Source: Octopus vulgaris (lineage: Eukaryota). Taken from it: DNA of 64,000 nt. Positions 13,181-27,300 of the stretch are shown one piece after another; position 1 is the first letter of the stretch, and every line of letters begins with the position of its first letter. The position numbers were made by a program, and so were the translations under genes. The notes under the pieces are model-generated. The model saw only the letters and a program-made list of their open reading frames with translations. It had not been told where the DNA came from and did not search any database. The stretch covers positions 40,114,001-40,178,000 of the forward strand of contig OX597828.1 in NCBI GenBank assembly GCA_951406725.2. Reading direction: 5' to 3'.

Positions 13181-14989
13181 ATAGGTACAAAGCCTGAAAT
13201 TTAGAGGCAGAAAGTGTTGATTATATCAACTCTAGTACTTGACAAGTATTCCATTTTATTGATTCTGGAAGGATGAAAAGCAAAGTTGGCCAAGGCAAGA
13301 TCTGATCTCATTAAACTATATTAATAACAAATAATACATTTCTATTATCTGTTCTATGGTAACTAATCGTTTTCTTTTTATTCTTCACAAGAGAGTACAC
13401 CAACACTTGATGAAGGGGCACATCTGAAGAAAATGTTTGAGAACCTGTGGACTAAAGGGTATCAATTTGTATCATGTACAAGGGGTACATGCATGGCTTT
13501 GTGGTTAAGGGTTAAGACTCTTGTTTTACAATCATGTGATTCTAAGTTCAACCCCACAGTACAGCACTTTAAGCAAATATCTTTTACCATAGTCTCACAC
13601 TTAAAGCCTTGTGAATGAAATTTGAAAAAGAGGAATTGCATAAAAGACAGTTGTGGATATATGTGTGAGCGTACAAGCTTCTGTGTCTACAACTGTAAAT
13701 ACATTGCACTACTTAAGTCTGTAAAATAAAGATAACTCTGGTAAAGCTAGTCATTTGATAAACAGAAATTGATAAAATAAATGCCAAACTAAGTACTTAG
13801 GGAAAAGGGCAATAAAAATGACAAAAAAGCCTTGAAGACAGCGTCCAAGAATGGTTACTAATCCATGATTGAAATAATAGAATAAAAGAAAAATATTATG
13901 TTGAAAGGACATTTTAAAACAATAACAAAAAAATAATAACAAAACCAAAGTAAAATAAGAAGGACCTAACTGAGAAAAAAAAGCAATCAAAATTTCAATG
14001 ACAAAATAAACTGAAAGAATAGGAATTCTTGAACATTGTAAAGAAACCTTAGGGATTATTTCAGTCTTTGTTAATTTTGTATGAGTAGGTGTATGGTTAG
14101 GTCACATGACTATGATAGTTCATGGAAGAATGCCAACAATTATTTCAAATCATTAGGTCTCCTTTCAGACATCATTAAAAAACAATCCACCTTCTTTTAT
14201 TCCTTTTTTATTGCCATTCCCATTGCTACTGCAAAGACAGGAATTCACCTGGAATAATGAATTTACCAAAGCTCTACAAAAACATTGTGCTGTGTTCTCT
14301 CCATAAAGTGATAATAACTTTTCCATATTCCACCTTCATCCCCACTCACAACACAATCAACACTAGCGCAAACTCCACCACCACTGTTGAAGCTGCCACC
14401 ACCACCACCATTAGCAGAGATGAAGTCTTTCATATGAAAATATTACGACAGACTTTCTGAAAATGGTTAATAACTTCTCTATGAAACAAACAAATACGTA
14501 AAAGATAAAATAAAGAAGAAGCACTGATATTCCTTTCATGTGATGAAATTACCAAAGAAATGTTACTGGTGGGGGATAGAAACGGTAAAGCTGATAAACT
14601 ATCCCAAGACTTATTATACTGCAAAATAGATTTTGCAGACAAGTAACAAAGAAGATTTAGCATAACTGATAAGAGGGCACTTAAAACAGTCTTTAAAAGC
14701 ATATGGGAAAGGTGACAGAGTTAGTAAATAAATACTAGCTAAAAAAAACATAATATACAGCAAGATGGAACAAAGATAGGTGATGATTTAGCTGTATTTA
14801 TATATACATTTCCTGCAGATATATATACACTGTTAGGGTAAGATGGAAGCAACAGTGTCAGATAGTTACTTGATATAGGAGTGTTTAAGTAATACTTGAA
14901 TTTTCACAGACAAGTGTATAACATGACTCAGAATAAAACAGATAGATTTTCAGACCACCTACATGAACAGATCACAGCCAAACTGTATC

Positions 14990-15890
14990 AATTCACTGAC
15001 AATACAGCAACACCCTACCATGGACACCAATGATAGACCACCTACATAAGAGATCAAGGTTACATTGTGTCACATTCACACCACAATGGTGATATTGCTG
15101 CATAACAAAGGACTAACAAAACAACTGCAACATCAACAGTACATCTTGACTGAAACTATGCTGCTGACACAACAACTCAACACAACTGATCACAACAGAC
15201 AATCAAGAACACAATCATACCAAACTATATCACTAATGCCACAGCCACACAACAAACTATTAACAATGCACCAGACCATCAACACTACAACAGGTTACCA
15301 ACAACACAACCAGACCATAACAGTATGGGTATGTCACCAATAACACAGCCACACAACAGACTATCAACAACACAACCATAACAAACTGTATCACTAGTAA
15401 GACAGCTACACAACGTACCAATACAACAAATTACTAACACCACAATAGCCTCACAACACAACCATACACAGTATGTTACCAACACTACAGCCACACCACA
15501 TATCAACAACACAACAGAACACCAACACTGCAGTCACACAACAGATTAGCAACAGCGCAAGAGATCACTAAAACTACGACAGACTACCAACAACACAAGT
15601 ACACCACAGTATGTCACCAACACTACAGCCACATAACATGGCGCCAACACCAAAGTTACACAACAAACCATCAACAACACAAGAGACAACCAACACAAAT
15701 ATATCATAGTATGCCACCAACACTGCAGCCACACAACTGACACTGGTAACACTAGAATGGATCACTAATACCACAAAAACACAACATACCACTAACAACA
15801 GCCCATCAGTATCATGATAGAACAACAACAAAACCATACCACAATACATCAGAACAGCCAACAGCACAATCAACTAAAAGAATCCCACAA
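14990..15890. repeat. Degenerate C/A-rich minisatellite
   Basis: Recurrent GTATGTCACCAACACTACAGCCACACAACA-like units (~15223, 15330, 15469, 15608, 15708); no long open frame. Confidence 0.7.
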
Positions 15891-16977
15891 CATATAAGGC
15901 AACAAGTGAGCCTCTATGTGGATACTGAACCTGTTAGAAATAATATAGCTTAGCATCTCCCATGAATAACATCTTACTGTTTAAGAAGAGTGACAGGCAT
16001 ATTTTGACAATGGGAATCTGAATTGGATCTAAAAAGGATGCTGCTGAAATGTTTTCAATCATAGAGCTACTTGATCAAAGCTGATGTAGGGCTAAACAAC
16101 AAGCCACACAAAACCACCAAAATAATCTATCAATATAGCAAATAACCACCAACACCACAACAATCCAACAATATCACAACAAAGTTTCTACAACAACATT
16201 TCCCAACCAAGGTTTTCAAGAACCCTAGGGTTCTGTGAGAGGTTATTAGGGAGTTTTGTGAGAAATAGTGATAATTAGGTTAATTATATGCGAATGCATT
16301 TTTGTGTCATTACTGTGTTAATTTTATATTCTTAAATTTTGTTATGACACGCACAATATTTTCAAAATATCAGCACGGTAGCAGAGCGACCTGGATAGGT
16401 GACAAGGAGACCCTACAGAGAAAATGAACTCTTAATAAGAAATTGTAGGTGAATTTTTCTAAACAAGGTCAAAACAAGGCACAAAATTTCTTAAATCTTT
16501 TTTGTGGGGTCTAATGGATTTAGAACTGCCAAACCTTTCAAAGACATGGTTTGTTTAATCTCTTGTAAAATTTAACTTTATAAAAGAGAAAGAAAAGGAT
16601 TAATAAAGGTGTATTATAATTTATGTATAGGGATTCCCAGGGACATGTAATGCATTTCAAGAGTTCCCTAAAAGTTAAAAGGTTGGGAATCACAACACTG
16701 CTCTACATGGTCACTCCACTTGCTGAGTAGTAGCCAAATCCCCTTAAATCACATACTATCATCTTAAAAATAGAAGAAAATGGATAAACCAAACCACGCC
16801 TGGAAAAAGATGGGATGGTCATGATTGGAATACTTGTGATCACAGGTTGGCACAATAACAATACACAATGTCTTATCAATATTATAACCATGACAACCAG
16901 AACAAACTACAAATATTACCAGCAAAACCAGACCAAATCATTACCATAAGAATCATGTATCTCAATAAGACATCCAT

Positions 16978-17470
16978 TGATATGGTCGGTCGATTTACAT
17001 ATCAAGATGACTTCTCAAGATGACTTTGGAGGACCAAAGATTCCATGTGAAATGCAGCAAGATTTGAAAAGATATTGATAATGTTTGAATGTTTACATGT
17101 CTTGCAAACAACTTGCACATGCAAGTGCTACCAGTCAATAACTCCGTATACCGGAAGCCAGCAAGTGTATGGGGTCATCAGGAGAGAATGTGTGCCATTT
17201 CAGGGCCTACCTCTCGACGGCATCAAGGCGCACCATCCCCCCCCTCACTGATATGAGGCCCTGCTTGCTAGATCAGCTGGTTATCAAATAAAGCTCAATA
17301 TCCTTCTAGCCATCGCTCATCATCTCTTTTTAACCAAATCCAGTGGCTAGCCTTCTCCACTGTAGATTGGATATCGGTCATGGTGGTATTGACTTTACGA
17401 TGAGTTAGGCCTAGCGATAACGACAGTATTTGCACTATATACTATGTCAGTACTATGGTACACCATGTCA
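16978..17470. mobile_element. Possible solo LTR or TIR element
   Basis: CpG-containing ~490-bp island in CpG-poor surroundings, bounded by the inverted ends TGATATGGT...ACCATGTCA, with an internal AATAAA near 17287. No clear TSD. Confidence 0.4.
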
Positions 17471-19420
17471 TGGATTTCACTGCAACCTGAGTCAACTATA
17501 CTACAATTATTTATGGCTTTGAAGAACTCAGCTAAACCTAACCAGAGCAACACCAGTCAACAACATACGACCATATTACTATACAACAAGAGACTGGAGA
17601 AGGTGACCATACACAAATGACTATAGAGTGGTTGACTGCAACATGACAGAAGTTATGGGCCAGGACAGAGCTATCTTAGAAGCATCATAGGACCCCAGGC
17701 AACTGCCCAGTATGGCCATGCCTTAAGAAAGTACTGGGCCAGAGGTCCCCAACCACCAGGTTTCTAGACTAGTACCAGGCTATAGATCATTTGGTACCAG
17801 GCTGCACAGAAACAACAGCAGTCACATTATTTTGTCAAATGTAATGTTTATTTATTCACATTGATTTGAATGGGCCTGGTGCAGCCTTCTGGCTTCCCAG
17901 ACCCCAGTCGAACCGTCCAACCCATGCTAGCATGGAAAGCAGATGTCAAACGATGATGATGATGATGATGATGCACCATCTTGTAGCTTTGAGATTTCAA
18001 TGATGTGAAAGTATATTTTTACAATGGCATTCTTTGGTAGGTGTAAGAGGCCAGATCTGCCCAGTTTGAACATAAAACAGGTAGAAAATTTAGGGCCAGA
18101 TACGACCAGTTTAAGTGCTAAAGGGTTAATTTCATTTCTATTCTTTTGGTTATTGCAAGGTGTTTTTACATTATATATATAATAATTAGACTCTTATTGT
18201 GTTTTGTTAAATACCTGATCCCCGAGTCTATGGAAAAATTGTCTTCAATGAAACTATTTCATGGTCTAAAATTGCTTGGAGACTACTGGTATAGGCAACT
18301 ACACTATGAAAGACTGTAGTATAGATGACCACACTGCAAATGGCAGTGGTGTAAGTAACCAGGCAAATAACAAGTGACAGCTGCGTAAGTGACCACACTA
18401 CAAATTCCTAGCAAAGGTACCCATACTACACCAGGTTACAAAATAGCAACCAACAGTACAAGACAAGTCAGGTTGTCTACTCTAAAGAGAAATCTGAATT
18501 TGGATCAAAAATGTTGCTTCAATTTTGCAAGCAGAAAAACGTTCACAAAGCTAATTCTGTTTCCTTTCAGTGTAAGGTATTAAGCTATTTTTCTGTAGAG
18601 ATAACTGGCATGATATGAAAACAACATGTAACCCTTTACTAAGTCACTAGATCTGTTAGAAATAACATCCTAATCACAATACATATTGCATGGAGAGAAA
18701 AGGACAGTGGGTCATATAACTGATAAGACAACTAGAATGCTTACAATCATAAGTATATTAAATGGAGTTCAACAATGATAGTGACCATCATACCTGGAAA
18801 GAAATAAACAACAAATCCTACTACAGACTCAAAGACCAACTAAAGATTTCCCAGTCATCAAGGAGAGAAACATCAGAGCAACTAGAAAAGGCTAAATCTC
18901 TGCCAAATCAAAACAAAAATGATTATGAAGAAAAGATATATGTGAGAACCAGATGTGTAAGTGTTACAAACTTAAAGCTCAATGTCTGAGAGGTTTAAGT
19001 TGTATATAATTTCCATATCTGAAAGTATAGTAGGTTTACTGTAAGCTAAAAGTATCTACATGATTATAACAAAGAATGCCTGTTCATTTCATTTATTCAA
19101 TTTTACAACTGTTTTTCAATGCTAGCATGGGTTAGGTATTTTAATGAGATGCTATTTTTACACATGGGTGCCTTTGACTCTAATTCTAACCAGATTTTCA
19201 AGTAAAAGATCTCTTATTCCACACAGTTCTGAAAGACTGAAGTGATTAAATAGTGCATTGACTGCAGAAGTACCACTAACAACACCACTCAATATAGTAA
19301 TTTTTGAGTATGTGAGCACAAATGTAAACAAACACACATATATACATTTGTCCCCTCTATGTTTAGCCCCCTGTGGGCAATAAATATATACATACACACA
19401 CACACACATATATATATATA

Positions 19421-19727
19421 TTCTTTTAGTTGTTTCAGTCATTTGAGTGTGGCCATGCAGGAGCACTGCCTTTAGTTAAACAAATCGTCCCCAGGACTTA
19501 TTCTTTGTGAGCCTAGTATTTATTCTATTAGTCTCTTTTGTCGAACTGCTAAGTTACAGGGACATAAACACACTAATATCAGTTGTCAAGCAATGGTGGT
19601 GGGGACAAACAGACACAGGCCCGAGGCTATAGGAGAAGACACTTGCTCAAGGTGCCAAGGAGTGGGACTGAACCCCAAGCCAAGTGGTTGGGAATCAAGC
19701 TTCTTACCACACAGCCACTCCTGTGCC
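19421..19727 (-). mobile_element. SINE family A copy with internal deletion
   Basis: Family A head and tail are present and part of the middle is missing. Confidence 0.75.
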
Positions 19728-19840
19728 TATTTATATCTATAAATATATACACACCATATATATGTAGACACACACAAGCTCCTTTTCAGTTTCCATTTAC
19801 CAAATCTACCTACCAGGCTTTGGTTGGCCCTGGGGCTGGA

Positions 19841-20070
19841 GGCATGTGGCTTAGTGGTTAGGGTGTTGGACTCATGATTGCAAGACTGTGGTTTCAATTC
19901 CTGGACTGGGCAATGCATCGTGTTCTTGAGCAAAACACTTCATTCCACATTGCTCCAGTCCACTCAGCTAGCAAAAATAAGTAATCCTGTGATGGACCTG
20001 TGACCCATCCAGCAGAGAATATATACACCAGAGAAACTGGCCCGATGAGTCTGTATGACTCAGAAGGACC
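19841..20070 (+). mobile_element. tRNA-derived SINE family D
   Basis: Head TGGCTTAGTGGTTAG...GTTTCAATTCC and body GTGTTCTTGAGCAAAACACTTCA...GCTCCAGTCCACTCAGCT. Other copies at ~11905-12138 (-), 22383-22612 (-), 44018-44249 (-), 46960-47040 (-) and 51686-51860 (+). Confidence 0.8.
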
Positions 20071-20232
20071 TATGGAGCTATAGCAGAGACACTTGCTCAA
20101 GGTGTTTGCTGCATTATGGGACTAACCTAATACAAGTTGATCTGGAAGCAAACTTCTTGACTACACTGCCATAGTCATGCCTACATCTTTTGTTAATGAA
20201 AATATTAAAGAATGGCACAGTAAAAAGTTAAG

Positions 20233-20655
20233 CATCATCATCATCATCGTTTAGCGTCCGCTTTCCATGCTAGCATGGGTTGGACGGTTCAACTGGGGTC
20301 TGGGGAGCCAGAAGGCTGCACCAGGCCCAGTCTGATCTGGCAATGTTTCTACGGCTGGATGCCCTTTTTAACGCCAACCACTCCATGAGTGTAGTGGGTG
20401 CTTTTTACGTGCCACCGGCACGGGGGCCAGGCAAGTCTGGCAACGGCCATGATCGGATGGTGCTTTTTACGTGCCACTGGTACGTGAGCCAGGCGAGGCT
20501 GGCAACGGCCACGATCGGATGGTGCTTTTTACGTGCCACCAGCACAGAGGCCAGTCGGAGCGGCGCTGGCAACGGCCACGTTTGGATGGTTCTCTTACGT
20601 ACCAGCGGCACTGGTATCACAGCTACAATTTCCATTGATGTTGATCGATTTTGAT
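20233..20655 (-). mobile_element. Retroposon family C copy
   Basis: Reverse complement of the 1817-2252 type, with four internal subrepeats. Confidence 0.8.
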
Positions 20656-22621
20656 TTTGAAGCAATCAAATTAAATGCACGGCATAGATATATAGAGTGA
20701 AAAAATTTGCATTGAGATCAATCCCAGTGTGTGGTACCTTGGGCAAGTGCATACTGTTATATAGCATCATGCCAACCAAATTCTTATCAGTGGTATTTGG
20801 TAGATGTAAAATGCGAGAAAATCTGTTGGATGGACTGTTTATATTTCGGGATGACAGCATTAACTTTTTAGTATTCAGATAACTCTGTCAAATGTAAAAC
20901 TTATTTATTCACATTGCTTTGAATGTGTGTGTGTGTGTGTGTGTTATCTTGTAGTTTCAAGATTTTTATGATGTGATTGCTTATTTTCAGTATGACATTG
21001 TTGGGTAGGAATGACAGGCTGGATCTAGCCAGTTTGAACATTAAACAGGTGGAACATCTGGGCCTGATATGGCCAGTTTAAATGTTACATGGTTAATCTG
21101 TCGCTCAATTAAATACCAGTACAAGGTTTCCAGTGTCTTTAGTGGATTCCACTTTGTTGGAAGCATTTTAGACAGGACACCAGTCAGAGGATAACTTGCT
21201 CTAATCCTCCTCTGATTAAGTGATAAAAGAAGAAAGAGTAAAAAATAGTGCCCTGCTAGAAATAGCAATCAGATCTTCCTCAAATCATATTATGCCATCT
21301 TATGAAAGAAGGATACATTGCTAATGCAATCCAAGATAAACTATGTCTGAGTAAATGATAGGATGTACATGGCTGAAATGTCTCTGATCACAAGTCTGCT
21401 GGATCAGAATTGATCCAGGGTGAAACAACAGCAGCAACAAATAATTCTATGGTTCAAAATCACTCCATATGTAACCAAACTATCTTTTTTTCTTTAAGAA
21501 GTGAGCGATTTGTGAGACATTTAGGCACTATCTCTACAAGTTGAGCAACCATGGAGGGAGTCCTTTGTTTAAGGAATGGGGTTGATGGGCATTAAAGATA
21601 TTTTGAAAATATTTCACTGCTTTAAATATGACTACAGGTATTAAGATTATTCACAGATCAACTCTATGTACTGCTGGTGTTGTCACTGTTACTGAAAGCA
21701 GTTAACAGCAATTTTGGCTCAAAAAATTTGCAGCAAATGAGGTAAGACAGAGAAAGACAGCTGCACCAAAGATTAAAGAAATCAAAAGTAGAAAATACTC
21801 TCTCTCATCTGGAGAGAACACAGTGGTAGATAAGCTAATGTTGTTATTTAACCTACTAAAAACTGCTGCCAATACCTCTCTCAAATCACACCACATTGGA
21901 AAATCAGAGATATATGGAAAAACAAAAAAATGGTCACACAACTGGAGCATAAACGTAGCTGGGACAGGGTCAACCTGGGGAACAACTACTATATTGATGG
22001 CAGAGGTTTTCAAAGAAATCTAATTACCCAGAATGATTAAAAAAAAACAATAATTCCTTGATCCAAGGACCACTAGAGAATATATACATGTATACATACA
22101 TATATATATGCACACATGTGTGTGTGTGTGTGTATAAGGTGCAAAAAATACACAAAGACGAGATAAAAAAAATCAAACACAAGTGTATTAGGTTGGTGCT
22201 CACCAAATAGGAAAAGAAAAGAAGGAAATGTCTTTTACATTTTGACTATTCACTCTTCAAAAAGAAAGGATAGACAAGTAGAGAAACAAATGGAGAAATA
22301 GAAACACACATGTCCAATTGTTATGATGTGTGCATGTATATATATATATATATAGTCTGTGTGTGTGTATATATAGTGAGGTAAAGTTACTTTCTTGAGT
22401 CATACTGACTCATAAGGGCTGGTTTCATGGTGTAAATATTCCCTACCTAGATGGGACACTGGTCTGTTGCAGGATTACTCATTTTCACCAGCTGAGTGGG
22501 CTGGAGCAACATGAAATGAAGTGTTTTGCTCAAGAACACAATGCACCACCCAGCCCAGGAATTGAAACTATAATCTTATGATCATGAGTCCAACACTCTA
22601 ACCACTAAGCCACACATCACC

Positions 22622-23018
22622 ACTCTTTTACTCTTTTTTTTACTTGTTTCAGTCATTTGACTGCGGCCATGCTGGAGCACCACCTTTAATCGAGCAACTC
22701 GACCCCGGGACTTATTCTTTTGTAAGCCCAGTACTTATTCTATCGGTCTCTTTTGCCGAACTGCTAAGTGACGGGGACATAAACACACCAGCATCGGTTG
22801 TCAAGCAATGCTAGGGGAACAAACACACACACACACATATATATATACATATATACGACGGGCTTCTTTCAGTTTCCGTCTACCAAATCCACTCACAAGG
22901 CTTTGGTTGGCCTGAGGCTATAGTAGAAGACACTTGCCCAAGGTGCCACGCAGTGGGACTGAACCCGGAACCATGTGGTTGGTAAACAAGCTACTTACCA
23001 CACAGGCACTCCTGCGCC
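22622..23018 (-). mobile_element. SINE family A copy, young
   Basis: Near-identical reverse complement of 12783-13180. Confidence 0.9.
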
Positions 23019-23271
23019 TATATATATATATATATATATGTGTATATATATATATGTTGTATTCATATGTATTTAGTTAAGGTGTGAAACAAGGCATCAT
23101 GGTAGAATCAACTATTCTAAATAAATATGACATCTGTATACTTATAGACCATACTGTATTGGTGATACTTTAGTAAATATATGACAACTTTATTTTACCT
23201 TGTGAAGCAGGAAAAAAGGTAGGGTGAGAACAATTACTGCCAAAGGATCACAGACACATTTGAAAGGATTC

Positions 23272-23334
23272 AGAATAGTTTGGGTTCTAAAGACAATAAA
23301 ATGTAACAGATTGTCTTCAGAGCCAAACTATTCT
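23272..23334 (-). ncRNA. Candidate intronic pre-miRNA-like hairpin
   Basis: 63-nt fold-back with a ~24-bp stem and 12-nt loop in unique intronic sequence. Strand is assumed from the host gene. Confidence 0.3.
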
Positions 23335-24111
23335 CAAACGTAACTGGATCAAAAGTAACAGATCCACCAATGGAATGAAGAGTGCAAGAGATGACCCAAC
23401 AAGGGTAACCTTTGCACAGTCATTTACCCTGTGACTAAATCTCTCCCAAATTACACCCTACTATTTTAACAAGGGAAGAGGATATATATTGATATAGTTC
23501 TAGATGCATTTAAACAGAGGAAGTCATGACTGGAATGTTCTCGGTTTGTAGGTCTACTGTTGAACTAGAAGCAAGAGAGCCAAGGCTAGAAAGAAAATAC
23601 TTTTCTTTATCTGACAGGGATACACAGAAAACCAAAGTAGGGGTTGTTTAGAAAACAAACAATTATTCTAGTCCTTTACACTAATTAAAAAAAAACACCA
23701 ATAAACTAATGTTTATGGATCAAAACATATAGCCTTTGTTTTTCTTGTTGTAATATCCATAATTAAATGATAACAGTAACTTTCACAACAGCACATTCTG
23801 GAGTTACTGAGGAAAGGTGTCTCAAAGCAGTCGTTTTTTCTGCTTAAAATAGCAGCAACATCTACCTCATTATATCTCACTGTCTAAAACAAAATAGGAA
23901 GGAGACCAAGGATAAGAGAATGTAGTTGTCCTAGATACACGTGCCTGGATAAAGGACGAGATGGTCATAACTGGCACACCTTTGCCCATAAGTCAACTGG
24001 ATCAGTACTCACTCGGGGTTAAAGCATAAAAACACATGCTTTGTTAGGTGGTTGGCATTGACACTGGAAGTGACCAGTGTTTTAACACATTTTCATATGA
24101 GCTTCAACATG

Positions 24112-24310
24112 TTCGTCCGACCTGCTAGAAATAACAGCCAAAACAAAAGACATTCAAATCATACCCTACTGTCTTATGAAAAAATGGAAGGACACGTTGG
24201 ATAACATATTTCTAGATATACAGCCAGAAATAAAGACGGAATGGTTACAGTTCGAGTATCTTTGATAATGTCTCCCCCACTCAGATCTCATGTGGGATTA
24301 AACAACAAGA
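24112..24310 (+). repeat. Old interspersed repeat family F (CCTGCTAGAAATAACAGCCAAA...GATGGTCA...AAACAACAA)
   Basis: Many diverged copies, e.g. ~40-260, 920-1130, 1170-1390, 10030-10190, 15905-16101, 21250-21440, 24531-24700 and 25490-25680. The (CAA)-like end suggests a retroposon. Confidence 0.65.
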
Positions 24311-27300
24311 ACGGGTTTTATTTTCATATGATACGAAACGATGCTCTTTATATGCTGGCTCTGTAATCCAGCATTATCTCACAATCAATGGCAATTGTAT
24401 CCATCATTGTTAACTTTAGGAGACTTCACAAATTAATCTGTACAACGTGAAAAGGAAATAATAATAATAATAAGAAGAAGAAGAATGTCACAACAGTATT
24501 AAAAACAACGACATTTGACAACTATCGTTTTTGTTTAGCTCCAGATCAATCCATAGAGAAGAGATCTCTGATCGAAAGCATTCCAGTCGTGACCATCCAG
24601 TTTTTTAGACAGTATAACCAAGACAATGTTATCTATCCAATGTGTCCGTGATTTTTTAAAGTTGGAGGGATATAATTTGAGGGAGATTTCGTTTCCATAT
24701 TCTTTGTTGGTCCCTCATGCGAAATGTTACAGAAGGAGATGCTATATAGTTTAGTGATCAAATTTGACCGCAGAGATCTTTTTGGGGTGGTGACAAGGTA
24801 CCAACCACCTATCCACACTGGTATTGTTGGTACCAAGAAGAAGCATCGAGAGTGGGTAAAGAGAGATGAGTGAAGCCAAAACTTCTTGACTAGGGAAGGT
24901 CAGCATGGAAGACAATAACTTTTGTATCCGATAACTGAGTGAAATGGAGGATTTTGTAAGATAAGAAATAATCGCCAACATCCTCTACAAAACACTCCTT
25001 AGTAACGACATATTGGATAATGTAGTCAAGGATACAGTCTGGTAATAACATGGTATGATAGTCAAAGCAGGAACGTTTGATCAGAACTGATTCGGACTAA
25101 ACAACAATAAGATGAAGCCTTAGTTTTGTAAAATCCTAGTATTTTGTATCAAGAGAAAAGAGAATATGTTGATTGTTGAGTTTAATTTAATCTTAACTGT
25201 TACAAACCAATGAATAATTTAATAACAATCCAGAAACTTGAATGTATCGAGCAGAGGCAGAACAATATTGTTAGTGATTTAGACTGAATATTGATATATT
25301 GTGTACGATGGCCAGCTGACTTTATGAAGGACGAACATGTGAAGATGTTCTGTGGAGTAAAATAACCTTGCCAATAAACAAAGCACAGATCAAAAGAAGT
25401 CTCAGCAATGGATCAAGGAATCAATTTTACAGTTAAAATATAGGAATATATACACACGAGCTATAAGACGAAATATTTAAGTAGTCCTTCTTCTTGTAAG
25501 AAACAGCAATCAAAACTCTCTCAAATCATACCCTAACGTCTTTAAAAAATGAAAGACATGTTTGACACGCCGTTAAGTAGTCTTATATGCACTAAACCTA
25601 ACAATAAGATACTGTCACAGCTGAAATGCTTTTAATATTAAGCCTGTACGATCAGGTTGACATGGGACAAAAACAACAATAGCAAATGGCGCGTATCTAT
25701 TCGCCTATTATGTATAAATGCTTCAAGAGTCCTCAGGTAAGAGACTTCGATCACAGAAGAGTATCTCTGATGTTGAAGTGAAAAAAACTTTGGTTAATCA
25801 ACTGCCTAACCAATTGGATATGAGAACCTTCAAAATTTGATATATAAAATATATAATACACTCGCTTGCAAGAATATGTTATATTTTATGTTCTTGCCAG
25901 TTAGCTAGAACAGAATAATTAGTTTTCCACCTTTGTTGTGAAAAATGACTCAAGCACAAAGTTAGGATCACGTCAAAGGATCAAACAGTTTTATGTATCT
26001 TTATCATGTTAAGATATGTAGCTGATTGATGAGTAATTATGAGTGAGGTACAAATTTGAAGAAAAACTGATCATTATTATATAGATTTACTGCTAACACC
26101 ATTCATTCATTCATACATTGGAGAACCATAAGACAAAATTCTAAGACCGAATTATACCAAAACTTCCGATAAAGGTACTTTGACGTACTATTATAGTACA
26201 TGTGTCAACAAAACTAGTTGCCCTGCGTACTGTTTAATAGTTCTACAACAAATTCTCGAGATTACTCAAGTTCTTTCGCGTTGATAACCTTATTGTTAGG
26301 GTTCCAGCCATTTATTGGTATTAGAACTTGAAGACATTATGGCAACTAATTTAATTGAGTGTATGTAACGTTTGCTATTAACAATACTTGTGTATGGTAT
26401 GAAAACCTCTTACTCCTTGATGTCATTCCTAGAATACATCAGACAAGAAGGAATGCAACCAAAAGCTTACCTAACAACGAACACCTGACTCTGAAAATTG
26501 TGAACAAATTTCCACCAATATGTCTAACAACCAGAACATCTATATTGGTTCTTAGATGTGTGTGTATGTGGGGGGAAGACTTAGACAAATAATTAGGTGG
26601 TTATTAAGGGTGAACAGCTGCATACATTTAGTCACGTAGGTAAAAGACCCTTTATCATGATAATTGAATATGATGTGACAGTCGTTAGAGCCATCAACTC
26701 TTATAACGCAGGTGAGAGATACAACTGAATGAAGATTACCATGACATGTCTGGTTCGTATGTAGGAAACTAAAATATCAATTCCATACCAACGGTTTCCT
26801 ACCGTCTACATCTTGACATGTGACTAATTTTTAGTAGGTGAATGAATAACAGTATAAAGAGGCATTCTTACATACACAAAGAGTATATACCATCGTGTAA
26901 CAGATGAAGCAAACAGTTCCTGTCAACGAAAGACAAATGTCAACATTATCAATAGAGGTTTATTAAATGTTCTAAAATATTTTATTCGAATTTGTCGATG
27001 TTGTCTTTTTGATTAAGTAACCTTCTTGATAATCTAATACAACTGCTTAATGAATACCAATCGTCAGCTGGAAGGACTTGGTCGTGGGGATCTGAATGCT
27101 GCCCTTTATTTGCTAACGTAATCAATACAATCTAAATATAGGGTGGTATGTTGTTGAAGCCACATGGTCAAGGTAACTGACCCTGCTCCAATAGCTGCAG
27201 AACTGAAAGATAAATCCTGAAAATTCCATAAAATGGTAAACATATGTGTGGATGAACGGTTGTTAGGATTTGCGTTGTGTATAATGTAAATTGATGCATA

